Notes: generated by a model from the sequence alone, not told the origin. A DNA stretch of 64,000 nucleotides from Octopus vulgaris (GCA_951406725.2 OX597819.1:73098001-73162000), one strand, 5' to 3'. Positions 50,331 to 63,484 are shown, counted from the first letter of the stretch. Made by a program: numbers and translations.

Positions 50331-51429
50331 GTATATCATAATTGAAGTAGAAAAAAGATGAATTTCATACATGAACTTCTGTTTGTTTATTATATAATAA
50401 TAATGAGTGAGTTGCGTGTGTTATTTTACTTATCAATACAATAATGGCTATTATATAATACACTTCATTTAATAGGTAATTTATTCATGTTTATTCATTT
50501 ATACAATGTTTTGGACTCACGACACTTTTGCATAATAGCAATGATATGTGTGTGTGTATAACGCTTTATTCAGTTTCTGTCAATCAAATCCACATATAAG
50601 GTTTTGGTGATGGTAAAAGACACTTGCCCAAGGTTCCACACTGTGGGAATTGATCTCCAAAACCACATGGTTAGGCAGCAAGTATTTAACTGCCCAGCTA
50701 TGTCAGTGCTTGTAATTAATCATCATTAATTTAAATATTTCAAATTGTAAACAGAAATAAATATATTCTGGTTTTGACCCATGAATAAAGCCCATTTATT
50801 ACATTTCATTGACAAACTTATTCATTGCTTATACATTCCGATAGACCAAGATGTCATCATCGTCGTCGTTGTCATCATCATCATCATCATCATAGGTTCA
50901 TGCATGGGTCCGAATTCAATTCCACTGCATGGCACTTCGGGCACATGTATCTTCTACAGTAGTCTTGGGCTGACCAAAGCCTTGTGAGTGGATTTGTTAG
51001 ATGGAAACTGAAAGAAGCCCATCATGTGTGTATGTGTGTGTGTTTGTGTCTGTGTTTGTCCCACCACCACCACCACTGCTTGACAACCAGTGTGGGAGTG
51101 TTTATGTCTCTGTAACTTAGTGGTTTGGCAAAAGAGACTGATAGAATAAGTACCAGGCTTTACAAAAACAAATAAGTACTGGGCTCTGTAAAGAGGTTGA
51201 CATAAGGAAGGGCATCCAGTTGTGGAAACCATGCCAAAACAGACAATTGGAGCTCAGCACAGTTCTTTGGCATATCAGCTCCTGTCAAACCATCCAACCC
51301 ATGCCAGCATTGAAAACAGATTTTAAATGATGATGATAAGGAAGACAAGACATAAAAATCTGCTACAACTCATTCCTTTAAGTGCCAAACCATCAAAAAC
51401 CAGGTTAATGAAACAGCAAATGCTGATGT

Positions 51430-52030
51430 AAAATGTTTAGATAATTGAAAAGCTTTGTGAAAGAAGGATTTTTTTCATACAAATGGGTAAAACTTCAACT
51501 GGTAATAAGACCACATTATTAATGCCACATGTGAAGTATTTGGATAATGAAGCATTTCAAGAAGAAACACTTTTACGAAAAACAAAAAATGGAGACAAAT
51601 ACAAGGAGGAAACTTATATTTATGTCTGAATATATACATTTACTGAAAATAATATACTGTTTAATATTATTTCTTGTACAATTGATGGTGTTCCCTGTAT
51701 GGTTGATCAATACTGGAGTTTCATATCACATTAAAAAAGATAGTTCCAAATATCATTATGATTCACTGCATAATTCATCAGTGACATCTTGTAGCAAAAA
51801 CACCTTAGTCCAGACCTGCATCAATCATTCCAAATTATAGTGAAAATAATCAATAAGATCAAAAGTTCAGCAAAATCTGATGGAATATTTCAACAACTGT
51901 GTGCTGAAAATGAGGAAGAATGACAAATTATTCCTTCCTACAGAAGAAAAACAGCTTTCCAAGGACAAATACCTGTGCCAATTTGTGGAATATTTTGATA
52001 GGATGCTGAAATGTATTTACAGCAAGACAC
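51430..52030 (+). pseudogene. hAT (Charlie/Buster-like) transposase relic
   Basis: Across frameshifts: NIISCTIDGVPCMV..IHCIIHQ*HLVAK..IINKIKS..IFQQLC..LFLPTEEKQLSKDKYLCQF (compare DGA..M, HC.IHR, HTEVRWLSKG). Confidence 0.75.
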
Positions 52031-52039
52031 CTGGAAATG

Positions 52040-52270
52040 GAGGTGCATGGCTAAGTGGTTAGGGTGTTGCATTCATGATCATAAGATTGTGGTTTCAATT
52101 CCTGGACTGGGTGATGTTTTGTGTTCTTGAGCAAAACACTTCATTTTACATGACTTGAGTCCATTAAGCTGGTAAAAATGAGTTATCCTGCAACAGACTG
52201 GTATCCCATCCAGGGGGAATATATACACTAGAGAAACTGGTAATCTGGCCCTTATGGAACAATGTGAACT
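52040..52270 (+). mobile_element. CORE-type SINE with family B-like head and a different tail
   Basis: Head and CORE followed by gactggtatcccatccagggg; 59090-59350 has a similar head and a third tail. Confidence 0.7.
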
Positions 52271-52589
52271 AACCAAGACCCAGGGAAAGAATGTGACCCT
52301 TGTTGTTGCTAAATCTATAGCAAGGACATTGGTAGAAGACACTTTTGCAAATTGCCATGCAATGGGACTGAACTTGAGACCCTGTAGTTGGGAAGTCAAT
52401 ATCTTAGCCAAACGGTCACACCTGTAGTAATAATTTGCAGTAAATAAGACAAGCATTTAAAAGAAATCTTTTTTGAGGCAAACCAGAATAAAGTATGTTT
52501 TGAAAAACTATTTGATAGGAAAAATAAAGTGAGGTCATCTGGGATTTATCATTAAAGGCAGTTTGTTTTTTGCAACTTCAAATTAATCA

Positions 52590-53028
52590 GTGACTACTAC
52601 TACTACCACCACCACCACCAACAACAACAACAGCATCACTACTACTACTACTACTACTACTGCTACTGCTGCTGCTGCTGCTGAAACCTCCACCACCCCT
52701 ACTACTACTACCACTGCCACCACAACCACTACTACTACTACCACTACCACCACCACAACTACTACTACTACTACTATTGCTGCTGCTGCTGCTGCTGCAA
52801 CCTCCACCACCACCACAATAACTACTGCAGTTGCAGCTGCTGCTGCTACTGGTTCTGCTGCTGCTGCTGGTGATGGTGATGGTGCTGCTGCTGCTGGTGT
52901 TGCTGCTGCTGCTGCCACCACTACCACAACTGCCACACCCACCACCACCACCATCACATCCAACAACACCACTATTACTCCTGTTGTTGTTGTTGCTGCT
53001 GCTGCTGCTACTACTACTGCTGCTGCTG

Positions 53029-53076
<48 letters not shown>

Positions 53077-53102
53077 TTACTACTACTATTACTACTACTA
53101 CT
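52590..53102. repeat. (CTA/CTG/CCA)n compound microsatellite
   Basis: Directly visible; source of poly-T/A/V ORFs. Confidence 0.95.
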
Positions 53103-53509
53103 GGCATCTGTTGTTAGTTGTTTGGTGTTAGATAACCTCTGTCTTAGATAAACTGCTGAGAACTAAACTATCCATGACTTAACTGCTGTTGGCTTTGCCT
53201 ATTGACACAAGTTTGAAGGTCAAGGTCAGAGCAAGAGAAACTAAATTCACAGGAATTAGTCTCTTTGTTTCAACAAAGGATCCCTCTTTCTTCCTATTTG
53301 TTGTGTGTGTGCAAATGAACCTTGCACCATCCCCTTATCACGCTAAAAAACCCAAAGTACCATCAAGTGGGACTGAACCCGAAACGAAGTACTCTGGGAG
53401 CTGACTCCTTAACTACACAGCCTCAAGGGATTTAGCTCTTGAAAATCTAATGGAAATGCTTGCCAATTTCTTCTTGATGTGCATTTCCTACCATATGTTA
53501 CATCGTCAT

Positions 53510-54745
53510 CTTCTTCATCATCATTAAGCATCTATTTTCCCCTGCTGGTATGGGTTAGACAGTTTGAATGGAGCTGGTAAACTGGAGAGCTGCACCAGGC
53601 TCCAGTCATCTGTTTCAGCTTTGTTTCTATTGCTGGATGCCCTTCCTCACACCAACCACCATCCTACAGAGTGTACCAAGTGTCTTTCATGTACCACTGG
53701 CATAGGTGCTTTTTACATGTCACTAGCATGGGTGCCTTTATCGTGTCCATGGCACAGGGGCCTTTTATGTGCCACTGACACTGGCCACAACCACAGCAAA
53801 TCACCAGAAGTCTCGGTCACTTGTCATTGCCTCCATGGGACTCAACAACCAAAGGTTATATTTCATCACCTTGTCTTATGTCTTTCTCTGTTAACCTTCC
53901 TGTGAGACTGTTGCACCTCTTATGAGTCCAAAGTTTGCACCAAATACACCTTATGGAGTTTCTACCTACACCTTTTCTACATATCAAGTGGAGCCATCAC
54001 TCTGAAACAATTTGTGATTTATTTGTTTCTTTATTTACTAGGATTTCAGTCTTTGTTAAATTAACTTTAAAGCCCTTTGAATCCATGCCTTGCTTCCATA
54101 CCTAAATTTCTTCTCTGGTTCTGGTAGTAATTCAGCTTTAAGAAGACGATAATCAGCATAGAGAAGCTCTCAAGAACAGCCAATCTTAAATTTATCTTTT
54201 ATGGCCTGGAGGACTATGATGAACAAGAAGGAGCTAAGAACAGAGCCCTGCTGGACTCCTGCTTGTACACTATATTCATTGATATACTCATTGCTGACTT
54301 TCACCTTACTGACAGTATCCCTGTACATGGCTTGTACAGTTCTTACTATCCACTCAGCAATACCTAGCTTCTGCATTGACCACCATGTCAAAGGCTTTCT
54401 TCTTATCAACAAAAGCCAAGTAAAGAGGTTTATTTTTGGCTAAATACTTCCTTCTTCTGCAGTTGCCTCATCATGAAGATAGCATCTTGACTCAAAACCA
54501 AACTGCATCTCATCTTAGCTAACTCTCTTCCTAATCAATTTTGTGATGACCCTCTCTGTAACTGTCATCACCTGGTCCAGCAATTGAATACCACTGTAAT
54601 TATTTCTGTCAAAGATGTTACCTTTACCTTTGTAGCAGTTGACTATAATGCTGCTACACCAGTCACTCGGCATGACTCCCTTGTGGACACCCGATTAACT
54701 ATACAGGTGACCAAACCACATCCCACTCTGCCAGATATTTTAAGA
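53510..54745 (-). pseudogene. Decayed, internally deleted RTE LINE
   Basis: ORF 54170-54412 (WWSMQKLGIAEWIVRTVQAMY..GVQQGSVLSSFLFIIVL) and family C 3'-UTR. Confidence 0.85.
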
Positions 54746-54914
54746 GTTTTGGGTGTAAAAAGCTTTTTGATAGTTGAAATTTTGGTTAGATGACTTTACC
54801 CAATCAGATGTAAACAATCATATGAAGCAGGGCAGAAATTTTCAAAAGGATGTCTAAGAAATGTCATGAAGCTGTTTTACCCCATCTTACTTTTTTAAAA
54901 CAAAAAAAGCATTT

Positions 54915-55069
54915 TGGTTATGAGGTAAGAAGCTTGCTTCCCAACTTCATGATTCTGGGTTCAGTCCCACTGTGTGACACCTTGGGCAAGAATTTTCTAC
55001 CATAGCCTTGGGCCAACCAAACCATTGTGAGTGGATTTAGTACATGGAAACTAAAAGAAGCCTATTGTG

Positions 55070-55104
<35 letters not shown>

Positions 55105-55906
55105 GAGTAGTTTTAGAGAAAGAACCACCTTCAACTCAATCAACACTAAAAGATTTTATACCCGACCACTCCATAAAATGTTAAAAATTAAATCTTATAC
55201 TAACTATATCTATTCTGAATCTTGTATTTTCTGTTTATAAGACTACACGTGTTTCTTGAAAATATGTCAGTATTGATTAGATACGAGGTATCTAGTTTCA
55301 ATACTTTATATATACAAATTAAACATTGAGAGATGTTCATTTTAGTACATCTAATTTGAATATCTTTTTCCTGTGTACTCAGAAGTAATATTCCCTAATA
55401 ATAATAATATATATATATATATATATGTATATATATGTGTGTGGATTAAGATATAAACTCAAATTAGGCAATAATACTCATACATTTAAAATGCATATAC
55501 ATATGTTAATATATATCAACACATATGAATATTTTGAGAAATATTAATAAAATATAAATATACATAAAAATACATGCTAACAAAACCCGTGTGGGATACG
55601 TATGGAAGGAGGTGTGAGAAAAAGAGGACTGAAAAAGTATTTTGTACTGTAATTAAGAGTGGTTAAGAATTTCAATTAAAAGATCCATAGAGTTCGGTGT
55701 GTTTTTTTAAAATATAAATGATATATAAGGTATATAATACAGTTGGAGGAGGTTCACTTTCAACGGCTGTTTTTAGAGTTCATGTCCTGGTAGAAAAATT
55801 GATAAATCTTACAAACCAAGTGGGCAATGTCCCTTTCATCAGGAAAGGTATCCTCATAAAATCACATTGATACTCAATTATATATGTGTGTGTGTGTGTT
55901 TGTGTA

Positions 55907-55951
<45 letters not shown>

Positions 55952-56140
55952 TTGTATCTGTACTTGTCCAACACCACTTGACAACTGGTGTTGGTGTGTT
56001 TACATTCCCATAACATATCTTGGTAAAAGAAACCAACAGTAAAAGTAGCAGGCTTAAGGTAAATTTATTCAACAAAAAATTCTTCGAGGCAGTGCCCCAG
56101 CATGGCCACAGTCAAATGACAGAAACAAATAAAAGATTAA
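54915..56140 (+). mobile_element. Family A SINE split at its (TA)n by ~780 bp of Penelope-like terminal fragments
   Basis: Head 54915-55070 and tail 55880-56140; the insert has GAAACACGTGTA(-) near 55245 and a hammerhead-like motif at 55757-55847. Confidence 0.65.
55757..55847 (-). ncRNA. Decayed type-I hammerhead-like motif with long stem II
   Basis: CTTTC-CTGATGA (55842-55836)..long insert..aAAAC AGCC GTT-GAAAG; perfect 5-bp stem I; G12 mutated. Confidence 0.5.
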
Positions 56141-57290
56141 ATAAATAACCGTTTTGAAACCGACCCACCCATGACTACCCTTGGTTCTTTGATGCAAACT
56201 TCATATTTAAAGTGACCTTAATTAGAATATTTCATCAAAACTTTATGTTAATTCATGTCCCAAACACCAAATTAATTATGACAAAATTAGCTTATTAAAT
56301 TTTTCATTATTTTCAAAATTAATTGAAACAAAGCAATGTACTTCAGCAGAAATATGGTAATGAAAAGGTGAATAAAATAAATGCATTAGATCTAAAACAT
56401 AATGTCCTGTGTTTGCAGGTATTACAATTAATGTGAAATGGAGATTAATACTATAGATACATTCATTGATATAATTTCACCTCGTTTGTTCCACCAAATA
56501 CTTCATGAAAAAATAATGAATTTGTCTCAATTTTTGCTTCTTTTTTCCTAAAAAATCAAAGCCTGTCATATCCTATGCTAGTATCTCATTAATTATGTAA
56601 CAATAAATTTTTAAAAAGTTCTTTTTAATGCAAGGTGGTATCGTTATGAAAAGCATTATTGTAGGAAAACTAACCATTTAGAGAGGTAAAAAGGGGGAGG
56701 CAATTAACTGCTAGCCCCACACGATATATGGTAATATCCCCTATGAATATTTTACTGAACCACACAGACATGATATTTAATTCTAAATATTTCAATTCAC
56801 TTACCTGTTGGGAACAAATACTAAATGTTTTTTTCTATGAATGTTAACTAAAATAAACCAATGTTATAGACAGCAAGTAATTTGTCTTTCGAGACCATTA
56901 CCACCATCATCATAATGATCTTCATCACCATCATCATTTTAGCATCCACCTCTCCATGCTTACATAGTTAGAGTGTCTGGCTGATGTCTTCAGTAAATAC
57001 TAGTTTCAAATTTTGGCTCAAGGCCAGCAAGCTCAAGGAGTTGCTAAGTCGATTACATTGACCCAGTGTTTATTGAGCCAGTTTTTCCTATGGCTGGATG
57101 CCCTTCCTATTGCCAACCCTCACCTGCTTCCAAACAAGGTGAATATTTTCCCTTAGCCAGACATGTTCTCGCAGAATCTTTGAAGCAAATGACACTGCTT
57201 GTATGATAGTGGTAATCACTTACAAATACTGTACAATGTGAACACAAAGAGACATACACATACAGACATAGATATATTCTTCTTCTTCTT

Positions 57291-57352
<62 letters not shown>

Positions 57353-57985
57353 CATCATCATCATTTAACATCTGTTTTCCATGCTGGTATAGGCTGGACG
57401 ATTCAACAGGAGCTGACCAGCCAGAAGAGATACATGGCTACTTGCATTAGGCAAGAATGAATGGCAATAATTAGGGTGAAGCAGGAAATGAGAGAAAAAT
57501 AGTGGTGATGAGGTGTTGGGATGGGGTCAAGGAATAGAAGAACAGTAAAGGATAAGAGGTAGGGGTTATAAGAGTGTGTGAAAGAAGTGAGGGATGGCTG
57601 GAGATGGGTAGGAGTGGGGGAGAGAATGTACTGGGTGATGAACAAAAGTTGTGATGAGGAGGTTGATAATAAATATGAAGAGGAGGAAAGGTAGGAGAAA
57701 GTGATACTAATATGCTTCTGAGTCTGGGTTTCATGTAAAACTGACTGCCCTGCACTCATCAGATGTGCAGACTATATTCTTCATTGCATTCATTAAATAA
57801 GTTTAAGGTATAAGTAATATTTATTTATTATTATATTAGGTCCTTACAACCTTATACTTTTAACATATCCCTTTAACTATGTGAAAACTACCTCCAAGAG
57901 TCAGAAAAATGGGATCATAAACATGTCATTATGAATAAATTATATAGATGCAACCCGAGAGAGTTACTTTTGAGGAAAATACATT

Positions 57986-58295
57986 TTAACCCCTTTGATA
58001 GCAACCTGTCTGAGACCACCCTCAGTTCTATGAGACTACCTTTGGGCTATACCTGTTTCTATGACACAAAATTCTTGTTTTAAATCAAAGGTTATGTATT
58101 TCAACAGAAATATGGTAACAAAAGGGTTAAAGTGATCTAAATTAAAACCTTTCATCAAAATTCTGTGTTAATTTATTTTCCAAACACCAGCTAAATAATG
58201 GTGATGGCATTTTATGAAAATTCTTTATTATTTTCAAGATTAATTGATATAAGAGCAGTGAATTTCAAAAGACATATTGTAAGAAAAGGGTTAAT
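57986..58295. mobile_element. piggyBac-like TTAA MITEs (composite or nested)
   Basis: ttaacccctttg start; two aaagggttaa ends at 58130 and 58294. Confidence 0.7.
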
Positions 58296-60317
58296 AGGAT
58301 GCCGAACAGTGTGATTGATAGAAAAGATTTAGTTTTCTTGTGAAAGATATATTATTTCAAGTATATACCACTAAATGCCATAAGCATCACAAAATCACAC
58401 ATGCACATGCATGTGTGCATCGGCACACACACACTCACTTTGTTCCTTAACAAGAAATTAATATTATAATATTGATTTCTTCTGTTGACATAGAACCACA
58501 AATTTTGTACAACTAAAATGATTGATTGATTAACAGATATTTATTTTAATACTTAGAACTAAAATCATTGACCATAGCGGGATGAAAAGCAAAGCTGAAC
58601 CCCAGCAGTTGACCTCAGATATAATGACCTTTTAACCCAGCAGGGTGAGAGAACAGTAGGTATAAAGATGACCCTAAATAGCATAAAGTTTTTAGTTCCA
58701 CATCTTAACATTTATGGTAGCTTATTACAGATTTTAGAAATTGTATTGATTTATTTCATTGGCAAAAGGCCATAAAGTTGTAAACAGGAAGTACAAATAA
58801 TTGAATCATCTGTTGTAAGTGAGGTCAAACTTATTTTATTGATTCTAGAGTGATCAAACATGTGATCAGTCCAGTGAGGATTTGAAATCAGAACACAGAA
58901 TTGAAATTAATAACCCTTATGGCAATGCAGAACCCCATTTAGCTTTTCCATAGAAGCTGCTTTTACACTAAAAGGGTTTCTTTCTAGAACTGTGAAAGAA
59001 TATCTTTACAGAACAGTGAGAGAATACCTTTCCGAAGTTGTAAGAGAGTACCCTTGTATAGTATTCAGAGTATATTATCATCTAGTAAGGGTGCGCGGTC
59101 TAGTGGTTAGGGTGTTGCTTTCACAATCATTAGATCATGAGTTCAATTCCTAGACCAGGTGGCCTGTTGTGTTCTTGAGCAAAACACTTCATTTCACATT
59201 GTTCCAGCCGATCAGCAAGGAATGTTGGCCTGCTCTCCAAGCCAACAAGCTGGCATCATTCAGTGACTAAAACAATGCAAAGTGTATTGTGACCAGCAAT
59301 GTGTGACAACATCTGATAGTCTGGCCAGTCATGAGACCACATGATCACCATCTACCAGAGAAGGTGAAAATATACTAAGAAAAGACAAAAAGAAAGAACT
59401 TTCACAATATACAGGCTCACAGTTGCAATCTTCTAGAATTACAGACAGGCACACTGTTGCACACACATACACACACACATACAAATGCACATACACAGAC
59501 ACAAACACACACACACACATATAGACAGAGGTATGCCATTTGTACAATAAGCATGCAAGCACTTCGTATGTACACACAGACAGTAAATGAACACAATGTA
59601 GATAAACTAGGTAGAGAAGATTATACTGAATGTGTTTGTGTGCATAGGTGCATGATGGAGATGGGGGTGGGGCAAAGAGAGAGAGAGATATGTGTGTGTG
59701 TGTTTGTGTTTGGTTTTATTACTCAAGAATTATTACATTGATCAACATAATTCAGTCAGTGTTACCAAAACAGATATTTATAAAATAACCAATATTGATC
59801 CATTTTGTTAAGTACTTTTGATACCAATCAAAGCGTTCATTGATTTTATTATGGCTTGCAATTCTATATACATTTGCCAAGGAATCTGAAAAATACCGAT
59901 TTGCAAAGCTACATCTTTGACAGTACTGAAATGACTATCATACCTTTACTTATCACATTTTAACATATTTCCCGAATTCTCATCAAAATAATTCTTCCTC
60001 TTGCTATTATTGTTGTTTCTTACTGTCATCTCAGTACTTCTGGTTTTTCTGCTTGTTGTTGTTGCTGTTGTTATTGTTGTTGCTGTTGTTGTAATTCATT
60101 CTTGTAAAACTCTCGGTTGGCCAGTAGGAGAAATAGCAGTAAGTAGCCATTGCAACCAGAAACAAGAGAGATACATACAAGAAAGAAATTGTTTTAGAGA
60201 ACGGTACGAAATATGTATATATGTATGTCGTTAAGAAACAAGGAAAGGATTATTTTTAGAGGGACAGATTACAATTTGGAGTTATTTGAATTAATATAAA
60301 TGTTTACAGTTTATGAA

Positions 60318-60632
60318 AGCACCATCCAAACGTGGCCGATGCCAGTGCCCCCTAACTGGCTCCCATGCTGGTGGCACATAAAAAGCATTATCCAAACATG
60401 ATTGATGTCAAGGCCACCTGACTGGCTCCTGTACTGATGGCATATAAAAAGCACCCACTACACTCTCGGAGTGATTGGTGTTAGGAAGGGCATCCAGCTG
60501 TAGAAACATTGCCAAATCAGATTGCAGCTTGGTGCAGCCTCCTGGTTTGCTAGTCATCAGTCAGACCATCCAACCCATGTCAGCATGGAAAACAGATGTT
60601 AAACGATAACGACAACGATGATGATGATGATG
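60318..60632 (+). mobile_element. Family C (RTE 3'-UTR) copy
   Basis: Tandem units, gttaggaagggcatccagctg, (GAT)n tail. Confidence 0.85.
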
Positions 60633-61874
60633 ATTGCACTCTGGATAACATTATACAATATACTGAATCAACTCCAAAACTTATTTTTCTTAAAGCTTGG
60701 CACATATTTTATCATTATCTTTTGCTGAACTGCTAAGTTAAAAGGATGTAAATACATCACGACCAGTTGTCAAGCAGTTGTATAGGACAAACACAAACAC
60801 ACACATTTACTCATAAATATATTCTTTCCTTTATTCTTTTACTTGTTTCAGTCGTTTGACTGCGGCCATGCTGGAGCACTGCCTTTAGTTGAATATATCA
60901 ATGCCAGAACTTATTCTTTGTAAGCCTAGTAGTTATTCGATCAGTCACTTTTGCCAAACACTTTTCTTTTTCTCACCCTGTCACTTCTTACTCCTCTCTC
61001 TCCCACTTGTATTCCTAGCTTTTCTTCTTCCCCTTCATCCACATCCCCCTTCTTTTCTCTGTGGCTCCTTCTCCCTGCGGTCTTTCTCCTATGCCTGTGG
61101 TCGCCATGTGACCGATAGCCAGTTCCCCTTTTGCTTCTTTCTTAGACTGGTCCCTTAGCTGACCAGTTGCAAATTCTGTCTCTCCATTCTCCATCTTTCA
61201 AAACATTTCCAAAGTATTACCCACTATTCTCATCTCCTTAGCCCCCAGGCATCTTTTGTCTGATTGCTTGTTCTAAATCCCACTCTGTGTCATTTTACTT
61301 GTTTTGTTTTGTTTTGTTTGCTCTTGTCCCCAATTCTAAGCAAGTAAACTTTTTTTTTGTGGGCACCGCTAATTAGGAAGCACTCAGTCTTATCATTAAA
61401 GGTGTGAAACTGAACAGCAGTATTGGTCGATAACTGATGAAGAATTATGGACTTTCTGTTTGTCTCCCATTCATTTTTACATTCAGTATACATTATGTCG
61501 TTTGTTTATACATTTTTCATTTATATATATATATATATATACACACAACAGGCTTGTTTCAGTTTCTGTCTATCAAATCCACTTACAAGGCTTTGGTCAG
61601 CACAAGTTGCCATACAGTGGAACTGAACTCAGAACCATGTGGTTGGGAAGTAAGCTTCTTACCACACAGCCATGCCTGACCCTAAATGTCTTTTTCGTTT
61701 ATAAATAAATATCAAAGATAATTTGTTTCATGAGCAAATAGTAGGTACAACTCAGAGGTATAGTAAATTCTTCTTATGGTGACTAAAGTCTTGTGTATCA
61801 TTGAAAGTTGGGGGTTTCTAACATTGCAATAGTAGTAGTTACCACTTGAACACTACAGGTATATATAATCTAAA

Positions 61875-62070
61875 AAAATGAAGAATAAAACACAACAAAA
61901 AGCAATAACACAAGGACGTGGTACATGCAAAGTATTAAAAAATGCTGAGGGAAGAAAAAAAGGTAGTTTTACGTTTCAAGCAAAGCTCTTTTTTAGATAC
62001 AGGAAACAGAGGAAAGTCCAAGAGAAAAGGAAGATGGAGGAACAAAATTGCCAACAATCCACATGTAGTT
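61875..62070 (-). mobile_element. Penelope-like terminal fragment with decayed hammerhead motif
   Basis: Minus strand gtat CTAAAAAA GAGC ttt GCTT GAAAC GTA AAAC (61966-62000). Confidence 0.45.
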
Positions 62071-62250
62071 ACACATGTGTGTGTTTGTGCGCGCATGCGC
62101 GCACGTGGCTGTGTGGTAAGAAGCATGCTTCTCAACCACATAGTTCTGGGTTCGGCCCCATTGCGTGGCACCTTGGGCAAGTGTCTTCCACCTTGGTCTG
62201 ACCAAAATCTTGTGAGTGGATTTTGCAAGACAGAAACTGAAAGAAACCTG

Positions 62251-62313
<63 letters not shown>

Positions 62314-62330
62314 TGTGTGTGTATGTATAT

Positions 62331-62664
62331 ATAAATTGAAAAGGGTTGCTTATTAGCAATTAGAACCTAAAGGCAAAATTAATAGAGCTCACAAAAGCGA
62401 CAGACAATACTGACCAGCACCGCTTTTGCCAAAGATAAGAGTTAAAGAAACTCAAAGTCACAAAACCCTAGGTGTTAAGAGTCGCTGATGAGGATTAAGA
62501 GGGTCTACATCAAAATCTGAAATTGTGATCCAGCTAGATACACTGGGGACTTACCTCCATTTTGTCAGTCATTAAGACAGTGTTTTTGTGGCTTTTGAGT
62601 TGTTTTAACGCTTATTTTTAGCAAAAGTGGTGCTAGTCAGTCCACTCTATCACTTGTTTGTGAG
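62331..62664 (+). mobile_element. Fold-back Penelope-like insertion with central hammerhead
   Basis: Inverted arms ~62388-62466 and ~62582-62664. Confidence 0.75.
62480..62535 (+). ncRNA. Minimal type-I hammerhead ribozyme motif
   Basis: Stem I agtcg/cagct (one mismatch); CTGATGA 62485-62491; stem II GGATT/AATCT; GAAA 62519-62522; ATTGTGAT (decayed palindrome ATCGCGAT); ATC triplet. Confidence 0.65.
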
Positions 62665-63136
62665 TGTGTGTGTGTGTGTGTTTGTACCCCCATCACCACT
62701 TGACAACTGGCATTGGTATGTTTACATCCCCATAACTTAGCAGTTCAGCAAACAAGGCTAATAGAATAAGTACCATGCTTTTAAAAAATAAATTCTGGGG
62801 TCAGTACATGGCCGCAGTCTAATGAGTGAAACAAGTAAAAGATAAAAGTTAAAAGATAAAAGATAAAAGATAAAAGATCAAAGATCAAAGATATAAACAC
62901 ACACACACATGCAAACATGCACACACAAACGCACAGCACACACACAAATACACACACACACAAAAACACACAGACAAACACAGTCACTCGCACGCACACA
63001 AACACACACTCACTCATGCACACACAAACACACACACTCACACACATACACACACATACATACACACACACAAACCCATACACACACAAACACATACATA
63101 CACACACAATCTCATTAATATATTCTTTTATTTACA

Positions 63137-63484
63137 AGCAGAAGTAATGGGGGAGCATCATAACAATGAGTTGAGAGGAATTCTTTGGAGTTTGAATAAT
63201 TCCCCTCTGGAAACAGGGGTGTTTTGTCCAGTATCCTTAAACAACCCTTATTCGGGGACCTTTTGAGCAGGATGGGCTACTTGACTAGATGAAAATTCTA
63301 ACTGGGCCCCACCTGCAAGGTCATGCACTGTTTATCTTGATATGAGATCACTATGCCATTCACATATGGTTGTGATGCATGTGCCTGGAGTACCCTTATC
63401 AGATGGATAGTCATGATGGGTATACTGGGCTTTGTATATTTGTACCCCGGTGTCACTTTGATGGCATGCAGTGCTCTCTCATTC
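63137..63484. mobile_element. Truncated second copy of the (AAT)n-associated repeat
   Basis: High similarity to 44777-45115. Confidence 0.85.

Larger units (their letters stand above)
62104..62885 (+). mobile_element. Family A SINE split by a fold-back element
   Basis: Head 62104-62250, then (TG)n, insert ~62331-62664, tail 62665-62885. Confidence 0.85.

Noticed and set aside
52583-53151. 175-aa Thr/Ala-rich mucin- or antifreeze-like ORFs
   Set aside because: Pure trinucleotide microsatellite, open in several frames on both strands, with no splice or start context.
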